Positions 33,300 to 44,917 of a stretch of 64,000 nt of DNA are shown piece after piece. Every line of letters begins with the position of its first letter. Within the stretch, counting starts at the first letter, position 1. The stretch comes from Lophium mytilinum (Eukaryota), in contig MU004187.1 of assembly GCA_010093605.1 (NCBI GenBank), positions 2,036,882-2,100,881 on the forward strand, read 5' to 3'. The position numbers and the translations under genes are program-made. Under the pieces are notes generated by a model, which worked only from the letters and a program-made list of their open reading frames with translations, was not told where the DNA came from and searched no databases.

Positions 33300-34110
33300 T
33301 AATCAGGCTACCCCTGACAGTGGTGTCGAGTGAGCATAGTCCGAGCGAGGCAGATATAATATCAAGTGCACATACTTTATGGCCTAGTACTGCCGATGTT
33401 GAGGTTCAAGCAGTACATATCAGACTACCTCTTGACTAACTGGTAGTTAACAGCCAGGCCACCCCTAATAGTGGTATCGAGTAAGCAAAGTTAGAGCAAA
33501 GCAGAAGTAATTTCCAGTGCCTAGACTTATGGCCTTGTACTGCTGATGTCAAGATTCAAGCAGTCTAAATTAGGCTATCTCTTGACTAACTGGTAGTTTA
33601 ACAGCCAGGCTACTCCTGACAGTGGCGTCGAGTAAGCAAAGTTAGAGGAAAGCAGAAGCGATTTCCAGTGCTTAGACGAATAGCCTGTTACTTTCGATGT
33701 CGAGGTTTAAGCAGTCTAAATTAGGCTACCTCTTGACCAACTGGTTGTTCAGCAACCAGGCTACCCCTAACGGTGGTGTCGAGTAAGCAAAATCGGAGCA
33801 AAGCAGACATGATTTCATCTAGTACTAGCCATGTTGAGGTTCAAGCAGTCCAATTTAGGCTATCTCTTGACTGACTGGCTGTTCAGCAACCAGGCTACCC
33901 CTGACGGTGGTGTGGAGTAAGCAAAGTTGGAGCAAAGCAGACATGATTTCATGCGCCAGGACTTATGGCCCAGTATTATCGATGTCAAGGTTCAAGCAGT
34001 ACATGTCAGACACTCTCTTGAATAGGTAGCTGTTCACCAACCAGGCCACCCCCAACAGTGGCGTCGGGTGAGCAAGTTGCCCAGACTTATGGCCTAGTAT
34101 TGTCGTGTTG
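33280..34110 (+). repeat. tandem array of ~5.5 copies of a ~151-bp unit (one unit has a 17-bp deletion)
   Basis: The anchor CAGGC[TC]AC recurs at 33304, 33455, 33606, 33757, 33891 and 34042 (spacings 151,151,151,134,151). Shared blocks include TTCAAGCAGT, CTCTTGAC and GAGTAAGCAAA. Confidence 0.95.
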
Positions 34111-34460
34111 ACATGCATCGTTGAATTAGGACATGAATGTAATAACAACCACCACAAAGAGGGTAGGATGACGATGACGATGACCAGCACTTATAGAGGA
34201 CGATGACGGGCACTTTTGTCAGTTCATGAGGTAAAACAGCATCATCCAACATTATAGCAAAAAGGCAATTCATTAGACATTGTGAAAAATCGCAATAATA
34301 CACCCGAAACACCTAAACACCATCATAATTGGATCTTCCAATCACAAAACCCCTCCGAAGTGCCCAATAATTTACACATTCATGCCGTGAGCGTCCACCT
34401 GGCGCACCACGAGGCCCCTCCAAGCTACCTTTGTCCATTGTTTTCAACTACATAGAGCCT

Positions 34461-35333
34461 TCAGTCATACCAATAGTCCATCGCCGCTTCCACTGTGTTC
34501 GCTGGGGCCTCTTCCTCTTCACTAAAGAACTCTTCGTCACTCATCGTCATATTTGACCGCTCTGCGTACACATCACCCTCCGCGTGATGTGCCTGGGCAC
34601 TGACGCTGAGGCTGTCGAAATTGGCATTAGTTCCAGCATTATTGGACGCGGAGCTAGACGTTTGGTCATCAAGTCCATCATCAGTCTGGGCTGCGTGGTA
34701 TGTTCCTGGAGGAGAGAACTGATTGAGCCACGCGGAGACTGATCGTCGGACTTGTGCTGAGCTAGGAGGCTGGTGGTCGCTGGTGTGGAGGGCGGAGGTT
34801 GCCTTTGGTGACAGATCGAACGGTGATGCTGGCGGTGATGATACGCTTTGTGAAAGCCCTGTACTGGTTCCCGTCTCCGTCTCCGCTTCGTCGTCTCCGT
34901 CATTGGCTTGATTGTCAACATTTGAAATACTAACAAATATAATGTCACAAGCAGCGAACTTAGACGGAACGAAACTAGGCTCACTAGAACTAGTGGCGTC
35001 GTTGTTGCTGTCATAGCCGCTGTCTCTACTGATACTCTCACCTTCATCCCATTTGTCTTCATCACCGCGCTCATTTGGAGGCATCTCTTGCCACCAATTC
35101 GTCTTCAGAGGTACGGTCTCCTCGGATACAGCACGTTGTCCATGATCCATGTCGCTGTTGGTGGGTGCAAGAGTGCTAGTAGGAAGATCTTCGTGGAATG
35201 GAAGAGTCTTGGCTGAAGTGGTAGTGTCCTCGAACGTAGTGCCTTCGTCTGCTTCGAGAGAACGCTTCTGTTTCTTCTCGTCGTGACTCGGGCCCGAGAC
35301 GCTCGACGAGCGGACGCGCTTCGTTCGCGCCAT
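34461..35333 (-). CDS. hypothetical acidic, Ser/Thr-rich disordered protein with a basic N-terminal NLS-like segment
   Basis: 290-aa ORF starting MARTKRVRSSS...EKKQKRS. No domain recognised. An internal in-frame intron cannot be excluded. Confidence 0.6.
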   Translation of the reverse strand: MARTKRVRSSSVSGPSHDEKKQKRSLEADEGTTFEDTTTSAKTLPFHEDLPTSTLAPTNSDMDHGQRAVSEETVPLKTNWWQEMPPNERGDEDKWDEGESISRDSGYDSNNDATSSSEPSFVPSKFAACDIIFVSISNVDNQANDGDDEAETETGTSTGLSQSVSSPPASPFDLSPKATSALHTSDHQPPSSAQVRRSVSAWLNQFSPPGTYHAAQTDDGLDDQTSSSASNNAGTNANFDSLSVSAQAHHAEGDVYAERSNMTMSDEEFFSEEEEAPANTVEAAMDYWYD

Positions 35334-36942
35334 GCTAAAGACAAGCCGAAGTGTGAATGTGATGTGCGGAGGAGGTAAGGTCTGATGTCGGGTTGAGTCT
35401 TCGGGTGACGAGGTTGTGGAAGTAGATGAGGTAAGTTGTCGGCAAAGGCTTGCATTTGCTGGAGATATATGGCGGCTGTCGTCACGGGCAACCTCCGCGT
35501 GGCCTGATCGCCAAGGATTGCGACAGCACGGTACTAGAGGGCAAACGTTAAATGCTGAGGGGCACGCTGTGTCTTATCTTATATCTCTTACGCTCGCCTC
35601 TTGCGTGGATGCCTGGATCTCGAATAAGGCGACCAAATGACGACGCACGGATAGTCTGGCTGCCTAGAGTCAAGCTTGTTATTTCTATTGGTCTAAAACG
35701 GGTCATCACCTACATGTATGATCCCTAATAGGTCATCTTGAAGTTATAGTGTTTCAAATATGGAGGTACGTGCGTGAAATGATGCACGTGATTACGCGTA
35801 AGGCACACGCGTCGAACGTGGGATCGCGAATCTGTTCGCCTTACCGGTGTGCTGTATCGAGAAGATGAGTCATTTCCTTTGCTTGTCTCGGCAATTGAGA
35901 TGCAGCAGAAACCTGAGCCGGCAAGGGTCATGTGGGGGGATTTTTTGGACGCTTCGTGATCGCTTAGAGCACCACAGAACGAAGATGAAAGAAGGCTGAA
36001 TGGACGGAAGAACACTTAGATAAAAAATAGAGAGCACGAAGGGGAAGGATCAAGAATAAATGGGTTTTCGGGCTCATTCGGATTGCCACAATCTATTTTC
36101 CTTGTGCACTATTGATGCACTCGAGTGTCCGGTAACATATGGAAAAGCAGAGTATATTCAACGAGATACGAGATCCTTAGGCTAACTAGCTCCCCATGAC
36201 TAGAGAAAATATGGTTTACTTATGGCGGTGTTGTATTAGTTGAACCAGCATCCACTTCTATATGCCCCAATTCCATGGGGTGTTCTGAGTCATCGCCCTT
36301 CGTTGGCTCAGGAGTCTATCCAGATGCCGAGTTACTCTAAAGCGGGGCGAGGCGTAAATTTATGCGGACACCTCGAGACCTTGATATGTGCTGAACGTGA
36401 ACAAGTTCAGAGCTCGTTAGAATAATTCTTGGTAGATGCTGTCCGCTATCAATGGGATAGTTGGCGGTCAAGTACTCAGTCGAGGTCATTCCGAGACTCT
36501 GCAAATCCAAGCAAGACCCATGTAGTTGATGATTCGAGCACATGTCCCGGGTCCCTGTTGGCAGATGGTAGCCTGGCTGCTGGTTTTGAGATGGTGTAAG
36601 TGAAAATCTTACCAGCATCCTATCCGCGTAGCCTTGGTCAGTCCCAGATACTCGTTAATTCTCAGCCGTTCAACCTAAATGAGAAACACCAGGACGCCGG
36701 TGAATCGCTTTGAGTCGTCTAATGCGATGGACTCGTGAATTAGGAATGGTGAGCATTGAGTGAAGAGGACAGGGCCGGGAAGGCCATGAAAAGGAGGCTT
36801 TGTGGTCCGAGCACCGCAACCTCGACTTCATCGGCGGCTAATCAACAACACAGCAACCACAACAACCACGTCACTTTTGGATTACCACAAGCACGGACCT
36901 GAACGTAAACTCTCTCGCATATTACTTAGTTCTACATATTGA

Positions 36943-38586
36943 ATGGACGGAGAAACATACACACCGTCCCAGACGGTGGAACCGGAGGAGCCCATTGGTG
37001 TCGACGATGAGCAGCCGCCGCCATGGCCGCTTTCCTTCAGAATGAAGAAGCCGGAAGAGTTGAAAAGCGGACTGGTCTCTGGAAAACCATTTTATTGGAG
37101 TCACAACCTCTATCGGGGTCCCAAGGACGAAAGCGTCCAAATTCACTATTGCGCAACGAAAGCTTCGTCAGAGATCGCAGCGCAAAAATTCTTGAACGAA
37201 GATGTGTTAGGCTTTGATATGGAGTGGCCCTGGAACACTAAAAGCCTTCAATTGCAAAAGAAGATTGCGTTGATTCAGGTGGCCAGCGAATCTCAAATTG
37301 GCCTCTTTCATCTCGGACTGCACACTGGGACCACTGTCGATGAAATCCTGGCTCCTTCACTCCGCTACATCATCGAGTCTAAAAATATTGCAAAAGTGGG
37401 CAACAATATATGGAGAGCGGATTGCTCGCGGCTAATCGAATTCTTTGGCCTCAAACCCCGCGGAATTGTCGACCTGAGTGTGTTGCACCGCGTGGTCAAG
37501 TACGGCGCGACTGACCCCCAGGCCGCACGGGGCCGATGTATTGCAATGGACAAGATCGTTGAGGAACATCTCTTCATGCCCTTAAGCAAAGATCCCAAAC
37601 AGAGGAATAGCAACTGGTCCAGGCGATTGGACCAAAAACAAATTGACTATGCAGCGAGCGACGCTTACGCGGGCTTCATCCTCTACCATACACTGGACTG
37701 GAAGAGGAGGTCAACGAAACCAATTCAGCCTATGCCTGATTTCATCGAACTAAAACTGCCTATTCAACTTGTGCCCATCGAGCTCGAAGTCAACAAAGTC
37801 GAAGGAGATAACGCCACACCATCGAAAAAGAAACGCTCACCTCTCCAGAAAGACGAGGAGGCGCCTTTGGATACCGACTCGCAAGCTCTCTTTGAACTTC
37901 TCCGTAAAACACGGCTTGAATTAGCTGGGACAAAAGCCGCTTTTCGTGTTGCATCGAACTTGATCCTGCAGCGAATTGCAAGGAGCAACCCTCAGAGTTC
38001 CGACGAACTATTGTCTATTAAAGGCATCGGCCCTAGCTTCGTAGCCAGTTACGGCGACGCTTTCCTGGCCACTGTCAAGGAATTCATTTCTACGCTCCCT
38101 CCTCCTGCTCCTGTACTTGCAACAGAGACAGTTTCGAACACAACGCCACTCCCCGCAACTCTCTCAACTGGCCTATCTTTTAATTTAGGGACAATTGGCC
38201 TCGACGAAACGCAAGACCCGGATACCCTGACACAGAGCTATGACAGCGAGAGAAAGGATGCGAGCCCCTCCACCGTCCCTGACCCAGTCCAAGATCCAAC
38301 ACTCCTCCCGCCACGGTCTCGCAGGTTCTTATCCGCCCTCTCAGGCCTTCGAAATCGACTCAGTCACCAATTGTCCCGACCACCCTTCTCAATAGTAACC
38401 GACGACCTTTTGAACCACATTGCTGCCAATCCACCGCGTACGCCAGAGACTCTCCAACAAGTCCCCGGCATCGCGAGCCTGATGCAACCTGCCGAAGATG
38501 CTGCGGTCGACCTTTGGAAGTTCATCACAAAACACGCACCTCCGGAACCCGGGGTAGAGGAAATTGATTTGACTGGAGGTAGCTGA
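36943..38586 (+). CDS. WRN-type (DEDDy) 3'-5' exonuclease with two HRDC-like domains; true 5' end may lie further upstream
   Basis: Exonuclease motifs LGFDMEW, IALIQVAS, SNWSRRL..KQIDYAASDA. HRDC-like segments LFELLRKTRLELA...FRVASNLILQRIARSNP...ELLSIKGIG and LSGLRNRLS...FSIVTDDLLNHIAANPP...LQQVPGI. Confidence 0.88.
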   Translation: MDGETYTPSQTVEPEEPIGVDDEQPPPWPLSFRMKKPEELKSGLVSGKPFYWSHNLYRGPKDESVQIHYCATKASSEIAAQKFLNEDVLGFDMEWPWNTKSLQLQKKIALIQVASESQIGLFHLGLHTGTTVDEILAPSLRYIIESKNIAKVGNNIWRADCSRLIEFFGLKPRGIVDLSVLHRVVKYGATDPQAARGRCIAMDKIVEEHLFMPLSKDPKQRNSNWSRRLDQKQIDYAASDAYAGFILYHTLDWKRRSTKPIQPMPDFIELKLPIQLVPIELEVNKVEGDNATPSKKKRSPLQKDEEAPLDTDSQALFELLRKTRLELAGTKAAFRVASNLILQRIARSNPQSSDELLSIKGIGPSFVASYGDAFLATVKEFISTLPPPAPVLATETVSNTTPLPATLSTGLSFNLGTIGLDETQDPDTLTQSYDSERKDASPSTVPDPVQDPTLLPPRSRRFLSALSGLRNRLSHQLSRPPFSIVTDDLLNHIAANPPRTPETLQQVPGIASLMQPAEDAAVDLWKFITKHAPPEPGVEEIDLTGGS

Positions 38587-40765
38587 ATTAACTACGAAAG
38601 CCTACACCTACCTAGGCGGAGAATCTCATGTCCATTCCTTTTTCCTTTGATACCAATCTTCTCAGTATCTTTGTCATTGCTCATTGCTATCTCTGTTCTT
38701 TTGTTTACCTTTCATTGGCATACATACAGTAAGCTTGGTATGCGGGAATTCTTGCAGTCATTGGATTGAGGTCTTTCGTACAAGTTAACGCACAGCCATG
38801 AAGCATGAGTTTTGGATTTCTCACATGTCTCCCGTCATCCCCTCGTCCATTCTTGTTCATTAGCTTCACTTGAATTTCATAGCCTCTGCCGCAGGCGGCT
38901 ACCATCCCGCGAATTGTGCGAGAAAAGCAGAGATGTCTACCACCATTCACGTATCCCAAAAGAAACACAATCTATCTTATTCTTGTTAAGCAGGAACACC
39001 AGCGTCTGGAAGCTAACCTCATATCACGTAACAAGCCTCAACCTTACTTGAGAAACCTACAGCGTCTATAGCACACTCCTTTTCTTTTTCGCTGGTCCTC
39101 CAGAACGCCCCGAGTGCCTGCGCCCGTTCCTCATGCCAGACGCGTCAAATTGGTTCGTCTTGGATCTACTGCAGCACACAAAGTACTCATCTTCCCCCTT
39201 CTAATCGCCTGCCGCCACGTACCGCGCATACTCTTTTCAGCAACGCCTTTATCATCAGGCACAAAGCAACTGGCGCTTTCCCGCGAGATGTTTTACCTAC
39301 TCATATTGCTGAACCCTGCACTGCCACATGATTCATGTAGCTCAGCATATAGCCTAGCTTGTGAAGGCGGGCGATCGGCTTGTGAAAGGTTTCGCTTCAC
39401 ATGAGAGACGGCCAGGGCCCGCGGGGGTTTAACTCAGATGTGACGATCTCGCGGGAATTTGAGAGAAGGGTTGTGCAGACAGGACGCTAAAACTACTGTG
39501 TAAAAGGGTCCCGAGTGGATCTCAAGCATGGCCCTGCTTCAATTTAGATCGTGATACTGCATGACACCCAAGCCGGAGAGAATAACATGTGCTGCCGCTG
39601 TACCCGTTGCCAGAATTGGAAGCTGGATGGTGGGAGACGGTGTGATAGTGGGTCTAGGAGCAAGATTAAGTGGAAGTTTGAGATAAGATGTTGTGGAGAA
39701 CGAGCACAGCTATCATGCCGTGATGCCGTGTACCAGTTTGAGGATTCTGACGAGCCATTGTTGGGGGCGCGTCACATGCCACTCCACTGCCTCCTTGATT
39801 GAAGGTATGATAGGTGGCGTGAGTAGGCAACATCTTTAAGCAGCTGAACGCTGACGGAAAATAGACGGCGCTGAGATGGAAGTGATGGGTACCGTGGACT
39901 AGGGCTCCCCACAGTATGGTCGTTGGGACGATGAGACAGCGACGATGACGCAGTTGCTTGTGAAGTTTGACCGAATAACAGCACGTGTTAACCCGAGGGT
40001 GCACAAGAAAGCAAGGTGAAGGCTGCATGGTGTGAATATGATTTAATATATTTGCAATCATATACATGGAAAACGATGAAAGATGAGAATTGGCATATTT
40101 TGAATGTCGGCTCATGCTCACGGACCAAAGTGTGGAAGGTGAGGCCGGATATGGGTGCCGTGAGGTGGCGAAAGGGTAGAATGAGCCAATGACGGGCCTC
40201 AACTCGAGTCCAGCATGTGCGTTTGACGAGTCTCCCGGACTGACATCCAGATTGCCAGCAAGCGCCCATGGCGCCGTGCTGGTGGTCTAAAACAAGGGTG
40301 GCTAACACGAGCTACCCCAGCGTTATAACATCTGACAGTCGGTCCGGACAACAAATGCGAGTTGAACCGCTACCGTAGGACCGTAGAGAAATATTGAAAG
40401 GTACTTGCAGACAGTTAAACAGTGTCGGCTCGCTGTGCCGAGTCGTTGAAGAGTTGTGGAGGGGCTCCCGACGATATTCTACAAAGAAGTTAGAAGCCGA
40501 AGCAGCACGGCCGGCATCACATGTCACGAGCGGTGTCTGGGGCTAAATCTAACCCACGCAGCCAACACTTCCCCCCTCGCGCATCGCTCGACGACTCCAA
40601 ATCCCCTCTCACGCGGCGACGATAGCCTCCAAGAGCGCATACGAGCGTGCCGCTTTCGCACCCTCCCTACTTGTCCTCCTGACCGCCGACTTGATTTGGC
40701 TATCGTCTCAGCACTCCCGCGACGTCACCCCCCTTCGCGCCGGTGCGCTGAGCCTTCTCTCCACC

Positions 40766-42640
40766 ATGAACGTGCAACAGGAGCACCCTCCTGCCTACGC
40801 CCACGAGCCAGACCAGCTTCAGCTGCCGTCGGTGCCGCAGCACGACCTACCCTCCAATTCACAGTCCAATACAAGACACCACCTTCCTGGCATCAAGGCC
40901 CTGCATCTCCCGCCTACCACTGTCGCTCGACCCTACACCGCAAACAACGGCCATGCTATCGTCGACGTGAGCAAGAACGCCTCCACCGACCCGCTACAAT
41001 GGCACTATGGAGCCCCCTTATCCCATACAAACTTTCCTCAGGTCCCCACGACGGCCCCGCGGGCTGCAGCAGAAGAGAGCATAGGCAGTCCCATGGACGA
41101 TGTGCAGAGCATGGCCAGCATGGAGGATCAGCACAGCTACAAGTCGGCTAGCGTCATATCCATGGATGATCCCGATGTTCGCTTGGCCGCTGAAGCATTG
41201 TCAGGGTTGGGCAACCCAGGTCAGTCACGCCTTCAATACCATGCTTGCAGGCCCGTCTCTGTTGGGATGGAGTGTCTTCACTTTGAGCATTTACACTCCG
41301 TCTCCTCTACCTCGTCTTGCAATCTAGTCACTTCCGGGGCATGTTTCGTCGCTTAGATTCACGTCTTTTACTGTCTTATATATACTGACTAATACTCTTA
41401 AGACTTTGTCCGTTCACCTACCAATCGCAGTATTACACTCCCTCTGGGTCAGGACCAAGACCCAGAGCCTCTTCTTAAGCTCATAACCTCTAGCCACCCT
41501 TGGGTAGGGGGTACTATCAACGGGGCTCACACTGTCTACACCACCACCAAGTCATACACGCCACGCTTTGTTCAAAACAGCGCCGACTTCATCGAGAGGA
41601 ACATCGGGTCTCCCCTTACCAACACCGTCAGCTCTGTGGGACGGCGCACCGGCGTTGAGAAGAATATACGTCGCTACCTCTCCGATCAACGTCGCCCCAG
41701 CGATCTCGAAGACGGCAATCCAGCAGACACTCCTGGCCACAAGAGACGACGCGTTATGAGTGGCGAGCCCATGGAAGTCGAAGGCGGCTTCCAGACCCCA
41801 CGTACACGCGCCGCCTCGCAGAGCTCGTACGCGGAGACTCTCCCAGCATACGATGATCATCGTTCCCCGCAGTATGAAGAAGTAGCTGTCGGAGAGCTCG
41901 ACGTCGAGAAGCACCCGCAAGACCAGGACCAGAGCCAGGACCGCCGTGTCAATTGGCCGACCCAGCTCATGATCACAACTTCTGGTCTCGGTGCCGCGCT
42001 GTCGGATTCCTCCCTCAGGTCTTTGAAGTTCTGCTTGGGACTACTGCGCACTGCGACGACCCACGTCGATCAAGTCATGCACGCTCTGAAGCTGGTTCTT
42101 GAAGAGTATGAGAGAGCTATGCGCTCACGAGAACAATCTGACGGCCAAGCCGAGGTGAACTATGAAGTAACGATATCCTCGACGACCCAAAACATGTCCC
42201 CAGAACGCGAAGACCAGGTGCGCGCAATTGCTAGCCGCATGAAGGCGCTAAGTGCAGATATCTGGCAGACTATCCAAACCGTCGTATCTTCGGTCAACCG
42301 CTTCACAGGCGGCGCCTTACCCGAGAACGCTCGCGCTGTTGTCTCTCGCCAGGTTCTCAGCTTGCCGCAAAGGTGGCAGGCGGCGGACCGGCGGACAGCG
42401 AGCTCTGGGGAGCAGCAGACCGGTGAGGTGAGGACGGCGCATCGTATGCTTAATTTTGCGCGCGAGGGGTTGGATATGATGGCGCAAGTGAGCACTGTGG
42501 TTGATGGGACTGTGGTTAGTGCCGAGACGTGGCTGGACAGGATGGGCAAAAGGAGGAGAGATGAGGGCGACTCAGAGAAAGAGGGCGGATTGGAACGAAC
42601 ACGGGTTGTGGACTTCGCGGGAGAGAAAAGCGCCACCTGA
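40766..42640 (+). CDS. Opi1-family / clock-controlled ccg-8-like transcriptional regulator; intron 41220-41402
   Basis: Motifs SMDDPDVRLAAEALSGLGNP, TVYTTTKSYTPRF, ETLPAYDD.RSPQYEE, TTSGLGAALSDSSLRSLKFCL, GGALPENAR...LSLPQRW, FAREGLDMM and SAETWLDRMG. Confidence 0.85.
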
Positions 42641-43477
42641 AAAGTCTCCAGGACGTTTGAAGCATATGTAAAAGTTGCTGGCTCCAATTTTGTTCGATAC
42701 CTGGATAAGTTTCCCTTGTACGATTTTTTATACCCGGCTCGCTTGATTCAGGCCACCCTCCGGCAACGCTCGCCTACTTTCTTTTCAGGTAACATGTTCT
42801 GTACCTTCTCAAAATCACTTTTATTTCCTCGGGTTCTATTCCTTGTTCATCGCTCTAGCAGGGCGTACCAGCTGAGGGGGTGTTTCGGTCTCTTCTCTGA
42901 AGACTATATCAAACAATTGCTGTCGTTCCCAGTACATGTTAGGGAGCTGTATAAAGGTCCAAACGCATAGGGCGGTGGAATTAGCTCGGTGTTGTTGCGG
43001 GTTTATACACGCACGTGTACTGCCAGTACGAAGGCATATGAGGAAATGGGAAATGGGCAAGTGGGTGGCGATAACATTTGGGTTTGAGATAAGAGGGCAG
43101 GCTGAAGCTGACCAGGATTCTCAGCGGAATTAGTGAAGCTCTTGTAGGATTGAGTATGTGCTCAATGATCAACTCAATACGGGAAACGAGAAATCGATTC
43201 TACACGTGCCAACCGGATTTTCTGGGTTTCTTTGCAACGTCCACCGCCTGAGAGGCTGGGCTTCCTCCAAGGCTGATTCATTGACCAACGCACAGCTTGC
43301 ATCCTTGATGGTGGAGGTGGCTGAAGACTGCATGCATAGTGGCGCAGCTGAAACCTTACCGACGACCTCGACCTCGCCCAGCAGCTAACGACTATGTAGC
43401 CTGCTCAAGTTACTCTGGAGAACTATCTTAACAGAATCTCACGCTCATCGAAATACTTGAAATCTGGACGAGAGAAT

Positions 43478-44917
43478 ATGGAGCGTGACGTTGAGAGCAA
43501 CGAAGATGAGCACGAGGCTGAGCTGATCAGGCTGCAAGTTTCATCGACTTCTGCTATCGAGTCAACACCCACCGAATCCGATGCCCGGAGACGTATTCGA
43601 CCCCTACCAAATGCGTTAGCACACCTACGTATGTATTTCATATTTCATCTTTCTCATATCGCTCGTCTTGTGCTAACGCGGAACTCTCATTGGCTTCAAT
43701 AGATCCATCTCAGGACACGGCCCAGTACGATCGCACTAAACTTGATGCCTTCCACAGCATTGCCCACTGTCTTGCTTTGTTCGACATTTGGACCTTTCAG
43801 ACGCTTTTTAAACCCAACGTAACTATAGGCCGCTTCATCTCCGACAAGGAAGAAACGAACGAGTTCAAAGATCACCTCGTACTCGGCTTGGCCGGTTTAG
43901 CGGATGCCATTGGCATGGCCGCTTTCGAAGCTCCCTTTGGAACCAGCCCGAAGTTCATTGCTTGCTTGAATTCTTTCTCTGATAATCAAATGGTCAGCTA
44001 TGTGAGACAGACCAAGACCAGTGGCTACTACTCCGAATTAATGCAGACGTGGACAGCACAATACCAATTCTCAAAGTCGAATAGGACGTACGTCGAAACA
44101 ACAACGACTGCCGAGCTTCCTGCAGAGTTTTTTCTTTATTCGGATTGGCTGGCATTTGTCACTTCAGCTGTTGGCATATACCGAAGCAAGCTTCGTGCGA
44201 TTGTGAGGAAATGCCGAGCGCTACGGAACTGCATCGCATCAGCACACGATAACGGATCGCTGAGCGCCTCGGACATGCTAGTCCTGAAAGAAAAGATGGA
44301 GGCACTAGATGAGAACTTCGCGGATGTGTGTGCAGAAATCGGCGAGCCCGCTGTACATCTCATAAAACCTAGCGCCCTGCGATGGTGGTAAGTCACCTAT
44401 TCTACTAACTTCTTGAGAAAAGCACAGTCACTCAGGCATGTCCAGGGAGCCCGAACAGCAACCAGAGAAGACGGTCATGGACGAACCAACACCCGCCACC
44501 ACCTTCGCCGCGCAAAACACTACCGAACCCCCAAACCTCGCTCTCGCCTCCACTCTCCTCTTCATCGTGCCAGCAACTTGTCTCCTCTCCTGCATCCCCA
44601 CCGCAATCGCCTGGATCCACACCGCCCCCGGGCCCGCACCCCGCCCAACGCTCGACCCAAATTTCTACCAACTGCTCTCCAGCTCCGCGCTGCAGCTCCT
44701 GAGTCTACTAACGCTGGTGTGGCCCCTAATGTTCCACGCCGAACTGGCGAGGATGAGCTGGGTCTGGACGTGGGTACTTGCGGGGACGAGTGCGTGCTCT
44801 ACTATCGCGGCGGTCTTTTTCTATGTCTGGCTGTCGATGGCGTGGAGCTGGGTTCTTTCTTTTGCGGGGAGCGTGGCGCAGGCGTTGGTGGTGTTGCAGG
44901 TTGTGAGGTGGATTTGA
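43478..44917 (+). CDS. hypothetical protein: soluble helical N-terminal region probably spliced to a C-terminal 4-TM module; introns 43629-43702 and probably 44388-44427
   Basis: Intron 1 (GTATGT..CTAAC..TAG) is phase-compatible. GTAAGT at 44388 with CTAAC and CAG at 44427 joins in frame to ORF 44438-44917, which has four hydrophobic segments. Confidence 0.6.

Noticed and set aside
33280..34110. CRISPR-like interpretation of the regular array
   Set aside because: Eukaryotic context, the whole unit is repeated (no unique spacers), and there are no cas genes.
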